The notes below the pieces were generated by a model. It searched no databases. It saw only the letters and a list, made by a program, of their open reading frames with translations, and had not been told where the DNA came from. Shown piece by piece: positions 13,161 to 26,489 of a stretch of 64,000 nt of DNA (positions are counted from its first letter, which is position 1; every line of letters starts with the position of its first letter). The stretch is taken from the NCBI RefSeq assembly GCF_006345805.1, contig NC_043004.1, positions 78,678,001 through 78,742,000 of the forward strand. The letters run 5' to 3'. The position numbers and the translations under genes were made by a program. The stretch comes from Octopus sinensis (taxonomy: Eukaryota).

Positions 13161-14305
13161 TGTTACTAAGGCAAGAATATTTCATTTCCAATTTTTAGTT
13201 CCTTTATCAAAATCTAAGGCAATGTGCTGCCCTCATCTTACATAGAGAAATAGCTGTCTGGTAAAGAAGCTTGCTTCCCAATTACATGGCTCTGGGTTCA
13301 ATCCTACAGCATTTCACCTTGAACAAGTCTCTTCTAATTATAGCCCTGGGCTAATTAAAGCCTTGTGAGTGGATTTAGTGGAGGGAAACTGAAAGATGCT
13401 GAGCGAGCAAGTGAAAAGCAAATGTCAAAAAGCATTGATAATGACAATACATTTACTATCACCAGCAACTTCACAGTATAAACTAGGTACATTTTATTGT
13501 ACTACCAACACTAGGGACTAAAGCCCTCACCATGCTGGATCAGTGGTTTTATTCAGGGTTACTGTTCCAGACAGGTTCCTTGTGCTGGAACATTCTAGGC
13601 TCTCTTCAGTTGGTTTCTTTATTCCGACATAATTCTTACAATCAGTTGCCTTTCCTATCACCAATCACTTAACAGTCACTGGATGCATTTTATGATATCA
13701 CCAGCACCAGAGAGGGTTCTCCACCACAAGATTAAACAGTTCCCTCCATTTATTCGGCCTTCCTCTTAATGCCAGCATGGTAAACAAATGTTGAAAAAAA
13801 AAAGTTTAGGGGAAAACTATCAATTTGATATTTATGCTTTTTATTTATTTTTTTTCTTAGGCTAAGTCTGAAAGGTGATGCACATCCTACGGTTTCTGCA
13901 GACCCTATTAGACTAGTGAGATCAATGCTGTTTAATGTTCCCTCTGAACCAGTGCATATGATTACCTATTTCTTTACTACCCACAAGGGGCTAAACAAAG
14001 AGAGGACAAACAAGGACAGGTAAACAGATTAAGTCGATTACATTGACCCCAGTGCGCAATTGGTACTTATTTAATCGACCCCGAAAGGATGAAAGGCAAA
14101 GACGACCTCGGCGGAATTTGAACTCAGAATGTAATGGCAGACGAAATACGGCTATGCATTTCGCCCAGCGTGCTAATGTTTCTGCCAGCTCGCCGCCTTA
14201 GTGCATATCAATACCAACAAGAAAGACATGAGCAGGAAAAGAGTTCTAGAGGGATGATATCTGGGAGGAAAGATTGAACATGTTAATTTGTATTAATTAC
14301 TTTAA

Positions 14306-14514
14306 CCCTTTAGTATTCAAACCGGCCAAAATAGTTAATCTGTTTTATGTTCAAACTGACCAGATCCAGGCTCTCACACCTACCCTACAATGTTATTCTA
14401 CATTAAGTAATTACACCATCAAGATCTTGAAGATATGAGATAATGCATGATTAATTCAAATCAATGGGAATCAATAAGCATTATGTTTGATAGAATAATC
14501 TGAACACTAAAGGG
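14306..14514. mobile_element. piggyBac-type MITE (TTAA-flanked)
   Basis: TTAA|ccctttagtattca ... tgaacactaaaggg|TTAA; related copies at about 1-245, 12575-12690 and 63161-63378. Confidence 0.75.
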
Positions 14515-15246
14515 TTAAATAGATTTTTACTGTTTGCTATCCTCTCTCTCCCTCTCAAGCAGACCATCGAGTGTAAGATGCTGTTGCCCCTAATCAGCTC
14601 CAACTGATCAAACCTATGTTGAACCAACATGTTTCTTGCCTCGTCAAAGTCAAGCCAAGTTAGTATTAAGATGGCTGACTGCTTGGGAAACCTGGGTGCT
14701 GACATCAAAACCTGTGCTTCAAGGCAGAGTCCTAACATGGTCACAGTTCAATGACTGAAGCAAGTGAAAGAAAAGATGACCGTACCAATTTTCTTCTTCT
14801 AAGTAATGCATCCAAGACTATAGAATGTATCTGTACACTTTCTAAATAGAAACGGAATGGTTTGAGGAGAATTTGGTGGCTATTTCTACAGGCGCCATAA
14901 CAATGGCAGCATGGTATGAAGTCAAATATTTAACTCGAGATGAAAATGGGTGAAAATTTGTACAAGGTAAAAATTACTGGAGTTTAACAAAGAGCAGCAT
15001 TTAAATACAAACGAAAGTTTAAAAAACAAAAATAAGCTTCATTTTATTTATTTTTGTTTACATGAAAAAGGACAGTTTTATAAGTGAATGTCTTCCTTAA
15101 CCACTCAGCCATCCAGGACGAATGAATCACGATTTTTGTTCAGCCAAATAAACTAGGTCAAACATTAACAGCACAGTCTAATGACCATACACAGACATTA
15201 TGTTATGTGGAAATGGAATTCAAAATGAATATGATGCAACTATAAC

Positions 15247-15869
15247 CAGGGCTGTGGAGTCGGAACAAAAAACTGCGACTCCTCTACTAATGGCGCCTCC
15301 GACTCCTCTTTATGTAATTAAGTGATTGTGGTCTACATATCTCAAAGCATACGCTTGTACTTTGAGTGCATCCCGAAAGTCCATCCCCTCCTCACCGTTG
15401 TGGGGACGCTGGCAATGGGTAGTGTCAGAGCTATGCTGTCGGGAACTTCGGTTCCTGGTAGGGCCACCCAAGGCGGATTGGTCTGACACCGAGTGGTATT
15501 AGGGCCACAACCAGGCAGAGAAAATCCTCGGAGTGTCTGTTTCAGCAACCGGCGGGTCCTCAGTCGTTCTGTCCCTGTGTCTGCGGACAATCTGTGGCAA
15601 ACAGGATGTCTCTACATGCAGGATTGTTGGGGACCACTTGTGAAATCCACATATTCCCATGAAACTTCTTCCAATAGAAGAAGCCGACTCAACCCGCCCA
15701 GGGTAAATGTCGCCACAAGTACAAGTAAGTAAGTACTTTGAGTAGGTCTAAATGTTATAACTGGTTTATATTGAAGAATAAAGATATTGCGAGTTGGAGT
15801 CAGTATAGCTTTACTGACTCCGACTCCAACTACCCATTAATTGTTTCCAACACCGACTCCATCGCCCTG
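15247..15869. mobile_element. hAT-type MITE interrupted by an RTE-derived insertion
   Basis: TIRs cagggctgtggagtcgg / ccgactccatcgccctg; 8-bp TSD actataac / actacaac. Confidence 0.75.
15368..15732 (+). mobile_element. Short non-autonomous RTE-like retroelement (5' UTR plus 3' tip)
   Basis: 11-bp TSD gtactttgagt (15357-15367, 15733-15743); (AAGT)n tail; GC-rich structured 5' part; RTE assignment from recalled similarity. Confidence 0.65.
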
Positions 15870-16631
15870 ACTACAACAACTCAGCTGGAGTGAGACCTAA
15901 TTTCAAATTTTGGCCCAAAGCCAGCAATTTTGGGGGAACAGGCCAAGTCTATCACACTGACCCCTGTGTTCAAATGGTACTTATTTTATCGACCCTGAAG
16001 GGATGGAAAGCAAACTCAGCCTTTGGTGGAATTTGAACTCAGAATGTAAAGACAGATGAAATGCCGCTAAGCATTTCGTTTGTTGTCACACTAATGATTC
16101 AACCAACTCACCACCTTAGCTGGTAGGATATTAATAACTGATGTGTAGCTGCAGCTATGGTTGTGCTTGCTTCCTAACCACATAGTTCTGGGTTCAGTCC
16201 CACAGTGTAGCATCTTGGGCAAGCCAAAGCCTTCTGAGTGGATTCAGCAGGAGGAAACTGAAAGAAGCTCTTCCTACATACATATATATATTATACATAT
16301 GTGTGTGTGGGGGTCTTCCTCCCCCCCCCCGCTTCACAACCATAACTTAGCAGTTCAGCAAAAGATACTGATAGAATAAGTACCAGGCCTAAAACCAAAA
16401 TTCAAGGTGGTGTCCCAGCATGGCCACAGTCTAATGACTTGAAACAAGTAAAAGGTGAAAGGTGCCCCAGCATGGCCATGCGGTTAAAAAGCTCACTTAG
16501 CAAACATGAGGTTTTGTGTTCAGTTCCACTGTGTGGCACCTTAGGCAAGTGTCTTCTACTATAGCACCTGGCTGACCAATGCCTTAAATAAATTTGGTAG
16601 GTGGAAACTGAGGAAGCCCACACACGCGTGT

Positions 16632-16677
<46 letters not shown>

Positions 16678-17394
16678 TATGTATGTATATATATATATAT
16701 ATATACATATATATAATGTGTTGATATTTGTTGTCCCACCCACTGTTTGACAGCCAGTGTTGGTTTGTTTGCATACCTGTAACTTAGTGGTTCAGCAAAA
16801 GAAACTGATAGAATACTAGACTTTCAAAAATAAGTCATGGGGCTTTGTTGAACTAAACCCTTCATGGCACTGCTCCAGCATGGCCACTAAAACAAATAAA
16901 AGATGTCAAAGATTTTCTAAAAACAATGAATTGTTTCAATTGTTTCAAGAGTGTGTGGTGGACACAGCATGAGTGAATGGTCGAGAGGATACCCTCTCAA
17001 TCACAAGGTGCTGGGTTCAGTCCTGCTGTGGGGCATCTGGAGCAAGTATTTTATACTGTGCAGAAGCCTGCCAAGATGGGTTGTATCTGTAATCTAATGG
17101 TTTGGCTTTACCACTGACGGTGCCGTGCTCATTCTACTTGAGAATTTCATTAAGGTTAACCTCATTAAAAAAAAGAGATTTATAAAAGGTGGTTACGGTA
17201 ACTGTAATCCATTCAGCAATGAAGAATCTCCTATGATACATTCAGCCTTGTAAAGGGTTACTAAGGAGTAATAAAGAGCAATGTCAGAAGTGAAGGGCTC
17301 GTCACTAAGAGCTTAGTTTGACTAGTGATAGCAGGTAAGAAATATCTGATAAACAGTTTTACTCAGATGCATTGAGCAGTTGAAGCAGTAGAAT

Positions 17395-17790
17395 GAAAAC
17401 AGTTATGTGAAGCAGAGCTATCTGCTTAGCATCGAGAGTTACACAAATACTAGAACTGGATGCCACTGCATCGTGCCAAGGACTCCAAATTTGCCATCAA
17501 GATGTAGGACAAAATACTGTAATAGCCTGGGCTTCAGAGGTCCACAGCTCTTCAATATCCTCCCAAAAGACCTGCATGAGGTGGATGCAGATGTCTTCAA
17601 AATAAAGCTGGACCTCTTCCTGTCAGGTGTCCCAGATGAACCAACTTCACGGCAGGAGGTGCAGATGAGGGCAGCTGCATCAAACTCTCTCATGCACCAA
17701 ATGTCAATTGCTAAAAAGCATTCGTGAAGTAAAATCATGTAGCAACACCAAATGGTGGTGCCCCAGCGTGAGCTGAAACTAGATGAAATG
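17395..17790 (+). mobile_element. CR1/L2-group LINE 3' fragment
   Basis: ORF 17407..17727 contains RGPQLFNILPKDL...FKIKLDLFLSGVPDEP...AASNSL, typical of LINE ORF2 C-termini. Confidence 0.7.
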
Positions 17791-18356
17791 AAAAAAATGA
17801 AAATGATTTAACATCCATGCTCCATGCTGACAAAAGTTGGATGGTTTTACAGATTTCAATGGGTGCAAGAGCTGCACCATGTTCCAATGTGTACTTTGAC
17901 ATGGTTTCTAAGGCTGGATTATCTTAAAACCAATCGGTTTACAACACAGACTGGATGAGTTTTTTTTGTGTGCCACCAGCCCTACTGAGGTCACCATGCA
18001 GCTCACAAGACTATGAAACTGGAAGGAGGAGGTCAGCTTTACGCTAAAAAATGAGGGGTTAATGAATGAGAGTAGGGGTAGTGGGGCAGATTCGTGTAGA
18101 GAAGCCGTGTAGCTATTTACATTTTAGTAAGAAGGTGAGAATGATCAGTAGGAGTTATGAAGGGATAGTTGTAAGGAGATGTCCAGGTGTCCTCTCAAGG
18201 TCAGGTGAGCAGGGGTACAAGATTATATGGGGAGCAGGTGATGAGTGGATAAGGGTGGGTAGAGACTTCTGTTGCAAAAATTGAGTATGGTTGAAAGGTG
18301 GAAAAAAGAAAAGAAACAAAAACAATTAAAGAAGAAACAAACAGCCTCAATAGTAC

Positions 18357-18506
18357 CTGTGCTCGGTCGTATACAGCAGTTTTAGTTTCATCTGTGCCAT
18401 TGATAGATTCTGGTAACTCCACAACTTCAAGAGCCTTGGAAATACCATGCAAAAAGTGACTGAAACTTTCTTGCATTTTACTTTTGGCAACAACAGCATT
18501 TTCAGC
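18357..18506 (-). CDS. BSDC1: BSDC1 coding exon 4 (AENAVVAKSKMQESFSHFLHGISKAL...AVYDRAQ)
   Basis: ttttgtag|GCT...CAG|GTACTA; 150 nt, phase 0-0; lies within ORF 18201..18476; KM...S.FL..IS pattern as in BSDC1. Confidence 0.9.
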
Positions 18507-19737
18507 CTACAAAATACAACAAAACAACATAATTCAGAAGTGTTGAAACAAGTTGATTTTGTGCTGGTGGATTTCTTATAAGTCATTCCATCTGCCAGAA
18601 ATAGCAGCCAAACCCCTACTACCTTAAAATAGGATGCAGTAATATCTAATGAATTAAATATATAAAGAGGTGGTCACAGCTGGATTGGTTTATTTTTAAT
18701 CAAAGCTGACTCGAGGTTGAACACCAATATTCTTATTTTAACTTAATTTCTTGTTTTATCTTCCTCAAATTTCTATCAAAACCCAAATAGCACTTGGTCT
18801 ATCATGACAACAAAGGTTCTAATTGATCCATTCAATGGAATGGCTGGCTTGTGAACATGCAAGTGGTTGAGTACTCCACAGACATACATACCTTCAGTGT
18901 AGTTCTTAGAGAGATTCAATGTGAAATAGCGTTGCCAGTGGCACTAGACTGGCTCCTGTGCAGGTAGCACGTAAAAAACACCTTTTGAGTGTGGTCGTTG
19001 CCAGAACTGCCTGACTGGCCCTCATGCCAGTGGCACGTGAAAAGCACCCACTACACTCTTGGAGTGGTTGGCATTAGGAAGAGCATCCAGCTGTAGAAAT
19101 TTTGCCAGATCAGATTGAGCCTGGTGCAGCCTTCTGGCTCTCCAGACCTCAGTCAAACCACCCAACCCCTGCCAGCATGGAATGTGGACGTTAAACGACA
19201 ACGATGATGACAGAAATGTGACAAGGCTGGGCCCCCTTTGAATTACAGGTACTACTCATTTTTACCAGCTGAGTGAACTGGAGCAATGTGAAATAAAGTG
19301 TCTCACTCAAAGACACAATGTACCACCAGGAATTGAACTCACGACCTAAGGATTGGAAGTTGTACACCCTAACCATTAAGCCACACACCTTCACTATAAA
19401 CCCAACCAAATACTATTCAATCAGGTGTTTTGTCCTCATAACCCAGTTTTTATTGTAGACCTAACATATACAGCATATAATTTATGACAGATGCAGGTTG
19501 TGTGGTCAAGGCGTTCACTTCCTGGTCACTTGGCTTCAGTTTTACTGTGGCACCTTTGGCAAGTAACTGTAACCACAGGTCAACCAAAGCCTTGTGAGTG
19601 GATTTGGTGGATAGAAACTGAAAGAAACCTGCTCTTTATATATTTATTGTATATGTGAATGTATGTATATAGTGCTAATGCATGAAACTATCGGCCCTTG
19701 AGTCACTGTTGCTTCTGCGAAATATTAATCATATAAA

Positions 19738-19960
19738 CAGGGTGCGGTGAATAAACTGTCATCTAAATTAAGCAGAAATGAAAATAACACGGACATTTCA
19801 TTTTAACAGATGTATTTACCAAAATTACATAAAAATATCTTGAAATACTAAAAAGTAAGATTTATTCAATAAAATCGCCATTGGCTTCGATCACGTCCTC
19901 CACAATCTCCTGCAACTCTCCTGGACGCTCTCTTTGTCTAAGTTGGTGAATGCTGTCTTG
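19738..19960 (-). mobile_element. Tc1/mariner-superfamily transposon 3' end (possibly DD37D/maT-like)
   Basis: Minus strand ends ...DVIEANGDFIE*, then terminal repeat cagggtgcggtgaataaactgtc. Confidence 0.55.
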
Positions 19961-19984
19961 CAATATGAAATACCTCAAGTCTTT

Positions 19985-20340
19985 GGTCCTCACAGTGCAG
20001 AACATTGGCAAATTTTTTCTTATCTGCTTCCCCTCTGGCTAAATAAACCTGCTTCCTAGCTTCCCTTCTGGCAGTCTGATACACTTCCCTGCTACCACCA
20101 TTCTTCCAGTCCTTCCAAGCCCGTCTCTTTTCTCTAATAGCCCTATCAACAACATTGTTCTACCACCACATTATTTTGGGTCGAGAGGGGAATTTGCACC
20201 ATCCACAGATCTGGTCAGTGGCCCTCAGCAGGTTGTCCCGTAGAAACCTCCAGTTGTCTTCTACATCATGTGAAGCTATATCCCCTTCTATTTCATCAAA
20301 GGCTTTGAGTAATATGTCTCTAAATCTCTGTCCAGCCTAA
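19985..20340 (-). mobile_element. RTE LINE ORF fragment (endonuclease-RT linker)
   Basis: Minus-strand translation VEDNWRFLRDNLLRATDQICGW...WW*NNVVDRAIREKRRAWKDWK...YQTARREARKQV. Confidence 0.7.
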
Positions 20341-21074
20341 AATGGATATATAATACATACAGCAGCTTTTCCATACTGGCATGGGTCGGACAATTTGACA
20401 AGACCTGGCAAGCTAGAGAATTGCAATGAGCTCCAATGTCTGTTTTGGCATTGTTTTTATGGCCAGATGACCGTCCTAACACCAACCACTTTACAAGACA
20501 GGAAAAGGTTAAACAAAGGAGAAAAATTAAAATCCTCGTCAACTAAGTGGAGGGAAGTATTTGAGAGGCATGTGGCTTTGGTAGACACAAACTGAAAGAA
20601 GTCCATAGTATGTGTGTGTGTATAGATCTTTCTCCTTATCCTGACGTTGCATAATTGTTATACATGAGGAGGCCTATTGAGTCAAATACATCAACATCAA
20701 AATCAAATGGAAATTGTAGTTGTGGTCCTCGTGCCGGTGGCACATAAAAAGCACCAACCGATCGTGGCTGTTGCTAGTTTCCTCTGGCCCGTGCCGGTGA
20801 CACATAAAAAGCACCCACTACACTCACGGAGTGGTTGGCGTTAGGAAGAGCATCCAGCTGTAGAAACATTGCCAGATCAGACTGGAGCCTGGTGCAGCCT
20901 CGTGGTTTCCCAGACCCCAGTCGAACCGTCCAACCCATGCCAACATGGAAAACAGACATTAAATGATGATGAATACTGTTCATTACCAATATTCTGCATA
21001 AACATTTCTGGCTATAGGGAAATATTTCCTTGTATAAAAATAGCTGTAATATGATTACACTGGAATTGACTTAC

Positions 21075-21191
21075 CTTTAAATTTTCAGAAATGGTAGACC
21101 TTGTCATTGAAACAGCTTTGCTGGTGTCGGACTGGATAACAGTGCTGAATTCTGCTAAATCTCGTTTTACAAATTCAAAAGCTGTTGAAGA
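21075..21191 (-). CDS. BSDC1: BSDC1 coding exon 3 (SSTAFEFVKRDLAEFSTVIQSDTSKAVSMTRSTISENLK)
   Basis: cag|TCT...AAG|GTAAGT; 117 nt, phase 0-0; resembles SSEALEFMKRDLTEFTQVVQHDT of BSDC1. Confidence 0.95.
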
Positions 21192-24100
21192 CTGTATATG
21201 GAATGACAGAAGAAAGAAAGTAAAAAATATGTTAATAGAATCCTTACTATCAGCTTTTTTTGTTTTTTTTGTAACTTTTGCTCCCATAATGCTACTGAAA
21301 TGCTCTGCCTTTGTTTCAACTAAGTAAAAATAGATTTGTCATTAATTAAGCTTCAAATTTACTTTTAGAACATAAATTAAGAAATTCTGATGAGTTTAAT
21401 TTAGATCACTTTAAAAGAAGAAATTTCTATCAGGGAAACAAGGGCACTTTCGGGTAGGTTAGTATTGAAAGGGTTAAAGGGTCACAAGATGTGCTACACT
21501 TTCCTCTTATCTTTATTGTTTAGAACAACGTATGTTTCATTGAGGATGCTTTTATTAAGAAAAAATAAAATAAAATGAAGAACTAAATATAGTGTAGTAA
21601 TTAGAGAGAGGGAAAAAGTGACATATTTTCTATGTAAACCAGATACACAGACTGAATAAAATTCAACTAGAGACGGAGATAAAAAGTTTCTAAGGGGTGG
21701 CTGTGTGGTAAGTAGCTTGCTTACGAACCACATGGCTCCAGGTTCATTCCCACTGTGTGGCACCTTGGGCAAGTGTCATCTACTATAGCCTCGGGCTGAC
21801 CAATGCCTTGTGAGTGGATTTGGTAGATGGAAACTGAAAGAAGCCTGTTGTATATATGTATATATATATGTATCATTATCATCGTATAACGTCTGCTTTC
21901 CATGCTAGCATGGGTTGGACGGTTTGACTGAGGGCCGGTGAACCAGATGGCTGCACCAGGCTCCAGTCTTGATCTGGCAGAGTTTCTACAGCTGGATGCC
22001 CTTCCTAACACCAACCACTCTGAGAGTGTAGTTATATATATGTGTGTGTGTATATGTTTGTCTCCCCAACATCGCTTGACAACCGATGCTGGTGTGTTTA
22101 TGTCCCCGTAATTTAGCGGTTCGGCAAAAGAGACTGATAGAATAAGTACTAGGCACACAAAGAATAAATCCTAGGGTCGATTTGCTTGACTAAAGGCTGT
22201 GCTCCAGTATGGCCACAGTAAAATGACTGAAACAAGTAGAAGAGAGTAAAGAGAATGTGAATTTTGATGAAAAAGCATTGCTGAAAATTTGACAAAAAAA
22301 TTTAGCAAAGTCATGTTAGGAGGTTTTCAAAGAGTGAGTTCAAATCGCACTGAAGGCTAACTTGCCTTTCATCCCTTTAAGGATCAAGAACAGTACCAGT
22401 CAAGTACTGGGGGTCAATGTAATTGATTTGCATACACCCTATGAAATTGCTGGCCTTGGACACTGCAACAGACCGGTGTCTCATTTAGGGAAAATATGAT
22501 CTTGGTCACATATGCCATAGAAACTGAATAACAGGCCTTGAGTCCTAAGGTTAAAGAAAAATTTATAAGAAAGATTCATGGGACTGTTATAGTATCAGAC
22601 AAGATACCTGGTGGTATATTGTTCAGGCTTTTGTGTTATGATAGCTGTAGTGGTAACCCTTCTTTTGCACAAGAGTGGTGGTGCAGCAGAGAGGAAGCTT
22701 GTATGGATGACTACCACACACACACACACACACACACACGCAGAGGAGCAGATCAATGGCCAAACCTGACGAACAGGTGTCCCAGATGAGGCTACAGGCC
22801 TAGTTGGCCATCAGTCCTGAGATTCAATGGTACCTAGAGGAATCCAGTCTGGGACAATGCTTATATGTGTATGGAGAGAGAGTGAAAAATCTAAGAATAA
22901 GACGCCAAGATGATAATGATTAGAAATTAAACTAGATATAAATGCAGTAAATACCCACTGTAAAGATAAAGTAATACTGCATTTGTGAATTAGAGAAATT
23001 CTGATTTTGTTGTAGTTTTGAAAAAGTTTCCTTCCCACCAAGTGGTTGGACTGACGAAAGCCTTGAACAGATTTGGTAGACAAAAACTGAAGGCTATTGT
23101 GTGTGTGTGTGTCAAAGCATGTTTATGTTGTGTTTACATTTGTAAGTTAAGTCGATACATTAGGAGAAAGGCATCCAACTGTAAAACCGCCCCAAATAAC
23201 ATTCACCTGACTCATGCAAACATGGAAAAGCTGAAAAAAGATCTTATAAAAACATTAATTGTACAAAAACCGATCTAAGTTTATAATCAAAGCAAAACAA
23301 GAATTTAGGATTTCAGAGGTCGGAAACATCTTTTATTACATTTTTTATGAATAAGAATTGTTAATCTTGGCCTGATCTGCTAGAGAATTGGACAGTCATC
23401 TTATCTTTCCAGGAAATTTTTTAACATGGATGTAGCAAAGGAGGTGTAAAGGTAGTCCCTTCGACTGGTTGTAAAGTTTTGTCCTCCTCATGCCTTTCAT
23501 TAAGATGGGGACACAAGGTCTTTGCCCTCATGTTATGTCACTGGTCTTTAATTATTGTCTTCAAATTGTTTAACCCCAAGTTAACCCTAACTGAATAGAC
23601 CTATGATCAGAGCATTCCAAATTTATTTTCCGAAATGCTCCCATTTTTTCCAAAACATGTTGTTTAATGTGAACATGGCAGTTTTTTCTAGCAGATCTAG
23701 AAAATATACAGATCCCCGTTTGTCATGCCAAAGAATTTCCTTTTTTATCTTTACTAATTGTAAATATTCATTTTTCTCACCTTAAAAGTCTCTAATTCTA
23801 ATCCAGTCTCCCTAAGTCTGTATCGTTACTCCTCGGGACTTTATATCATATACCATTATCTTTATAGCCCAGTGGTTATTTAATTTACGATAGCAAATAA
23901 TAAGCACCCAGGATGATAATCATTAAGCGCTAAATATAGTAGGGAGCTTTATTAAAAAGGCGCTAAAATTCCAACACTTTATTTACTACATTAAGATTTT
24001 TAAAAAATATATATACGGGTTTCGGGTACTAAGAGAATAACCATGATGGGGTACACTTTACAAGGATATTATAATCGATTATATCGAATCTCAGTATTTA

Positions 24101-24682
24101 TTTTACCGACCCTGAAAATATTAGATTGAATGCTTGGTGCGAACAGGGCCCAGCTTTCCTTAATCGGTCTCCTACCGAGGTTCAAAATAAACTACCACTA
24201 ATTTAAATGTTAATTTTTCCATAGTGATATTTTAACAGTTTTCAGTTTCGTAAACCAACACATTTTATTACATTTGGGGAGAAAAATTTATTATAACTAT
24301 AACAAACCGAAAGAAAATATTAATACTTGACTATTTTGGTCAAGCTGGTTTTAAAGACATCACAAATACATTATTTATACGAGGTTTATGGTAAAATTTA
24401 TAACACAGTTAAAAAGCACAGATAGAGGGAATAAGTTGATTATCCAGTATTGTTGCAACAATAAACCAGAAATAAAATAGCTTATAGTAGGTCAGTTGGT
24501 GACTATACAAAGTTAACAAACAATATGGTTATTTTGGACTACAAACTGGTTGGAATTTGTCGCATTGAATGCAAAGACACTTTATGTTAAAATATCACTA
24601 TGGAAAAATTAACATTTAAATTAATTTCTCAAAGAAGAATACAAATTAAAATTTATAAACGAAAACAATATATTTCACATAC

Positions 24683-24740
24683 TTTCTCTTTAGCAGATTG
24701 GATCCAACTGCTAAACCAGCCATTGGCGGGTTGTGGTTCG
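24683..24740 (-). CDS. BSDC1: BSDC1 coding exon 2 (SEPQPANGWFSSWIQSAKEK)
   Basis: Pyrimidine tract ...tatttcag| and AAA|GTATGT; 58 nt; GW..SW.Q..KEK matches the vertebrate BSDC1 N-terminus GWWRSWLQQ...KEK. Confidence 0.9.
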
Positions 24741-24875
24741 CTGAAATAGAATAGAATAAAATAAATATTATAAAAGGATGGTGACTGAATAGAAATACAG
24801 AAATATCTTTTCAGGAAAATCCAAAATAATAACAGAAAAAGACGAAATAAATATTTTTTTTAAAAAAGCTCTTAC

Positions 24876-24886
24876 CTTTCAGCCAT
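24876..24886 (-). CDS. BSDC1: BSDC1 coding exon 1 (MAE + 2 nt)
   Basis: aaacATGGCTGAAAG|GTAAG; phase-2 donor matches the exon 2 acceptor; MAE start resembles vertebrate BSDC1 MAEG. Confidence 0.8.
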
Positions 24887-25135
24887 GTTTGTTTACAATT
24901 TAATGAAAGGAAATAAAATTGGGGAAGAAATTAAAGAAATAATAAATTTCTCATGCTAAAAACTGAAAGAAAATTTAACCCCAGTTTACAACAAGGCACT
25001 GTCATACAAAATATCTTTTCAAATTAAAAAAGAAATGACTTTAAAAGAAGAGATTCCACTCGACATCCACGATAATATTCTGTCAGCATATTTCTTATGA
25101 CAAGTCACACTTATATGATGTGTCGTAAATGTAGA

Positions 25136-25143
25136 CCGGAAGT
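25136..25143. promoter_or_regulatory. ETS/GABP-type motif CCGGAAGT in the probable BSDC1 promoter
   Basis: Perfect CCGGAAGT about 250 bp upstream of the BSDC1 ATG; common in housekeeping promoters; function inferred. Confidence 0.45.
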
Positions 25144-25410
25144 TAACAACGCTTACTTCCCTTTTATTGTCTTGTTGGCAGAAAACTTTGTTTGCGACAA
25201 ATATAATAATTTGATATTTATCGATTTTAAATTGTTGACCTTCATTTGTGAATTTAATACATTCGTATATTGTGTCACTCACATAATATATATTTGCTTT
25301 TCGCATATCTACACATATGTGCCTGTCGCTGACTTTATTTTCTCATAACTTTCAGAAAAATTAATATATTTAATAAATTTTTTTTTTAATATCTTTCAGT
25401 CGCAGACAAG

Positions 25411-25795
25411 TGCCGGAGTGGCTGTGTGGTAAGTAGCTTGCTTCCCAACCATATGGTTCCGGGTTCAGTCCTACTACGTGGCACTTTGGGCAAGTGTCTT
25501 CTACTACAGCATGGGACCGACCAAAGCCTTGGAACGGATTTGGTAGGCGGAAACTGAGAGATGCCTGTCATATATGTATGTATATATATATGTATGTGTG
25601 TCTGTGTTTGTCCCCCTACCATCACTTGACAACTGATGCTGGTGTGTTTATGTCCCTGTAACTTAGCGGTTCAGCAAAAGAGACCGATAGAATAAGTACT
25701 AGGCTTACAAAGAATAAGTCCTGGGGTCGATTTGTTCCACTAAAGGCGGTGCTCCAACATTGCCGCAGTCAAATGACTGAAACAAATAAATGAAT
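25411..25795 (+). mobile_element. SINE family A, near full length, just upstream of the BSDC1 promoter
   Basis: High identity to other family A copies. Confidence 0.85.
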
Positions 25796-26489
25796 AGTGT
25801 GGATTACGATTATATCGAAATTTAATGTGAGAAAAAAAGGTGGGCGCGCACACATTCAAAATGAAACATGAAATTTTGAAAAAAAAAATTGATGTGTGGA
25901 AGTACGTAGCTTAGTAGTTAGAATATTTGGCTCACGATCGCAAGGTTCTGAGTTCGATTCTCGGCGTGCGTAGTGTTATTGAGCTAGACACTTTATTCCC
26001 CAATGCTCTAGTCCACTCGGCCAGCAAAGTGAGTAGTACCTGTTATTCAAAGGGCCAGCCTTATCTTATCCTGTGTCACACGGAATCTTCCTGAGAACTA
26101 CATTAAGGGTTAACCGTATTTGGGTAAGCTGTTCCGTCTATTGGAACCTTCTTAGTCGTAATGAGTACTTATAATTGTAACCTATTTGTAGGTATTGGTA
26201 GAAAATTTCATTAAAAAGATATCCATTTTTCTGAAAGTTTTGAGGAAATAAAGTTGGTGCGGTACATTTGTGGAGATGTCTTGTTTTTCTCTATTTTAAG
26301 GGTGTTTAGATTATGCGAACTTTAGAGAATTCACAGAATATTCTTAATACTATTCGTTTTATTGATTTACAGCGAATTGTTGTTGGAGCATCAGATAAGA
26401 GACCTCACTATTTATTCCGGTTTCTTTCGTTCCGAGTTCAAATCCAGCTAAAATCAATCTTAACTTTCATCCCCTGGTATTGATAAAGA

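Noticed and set aside
22757-22812. Hammerhead-like CTGACGA flanked by a tggccaaac/gttggcca stem
   Set aside because: No GAAA core and no convincing stem II; at best a decayed motif.
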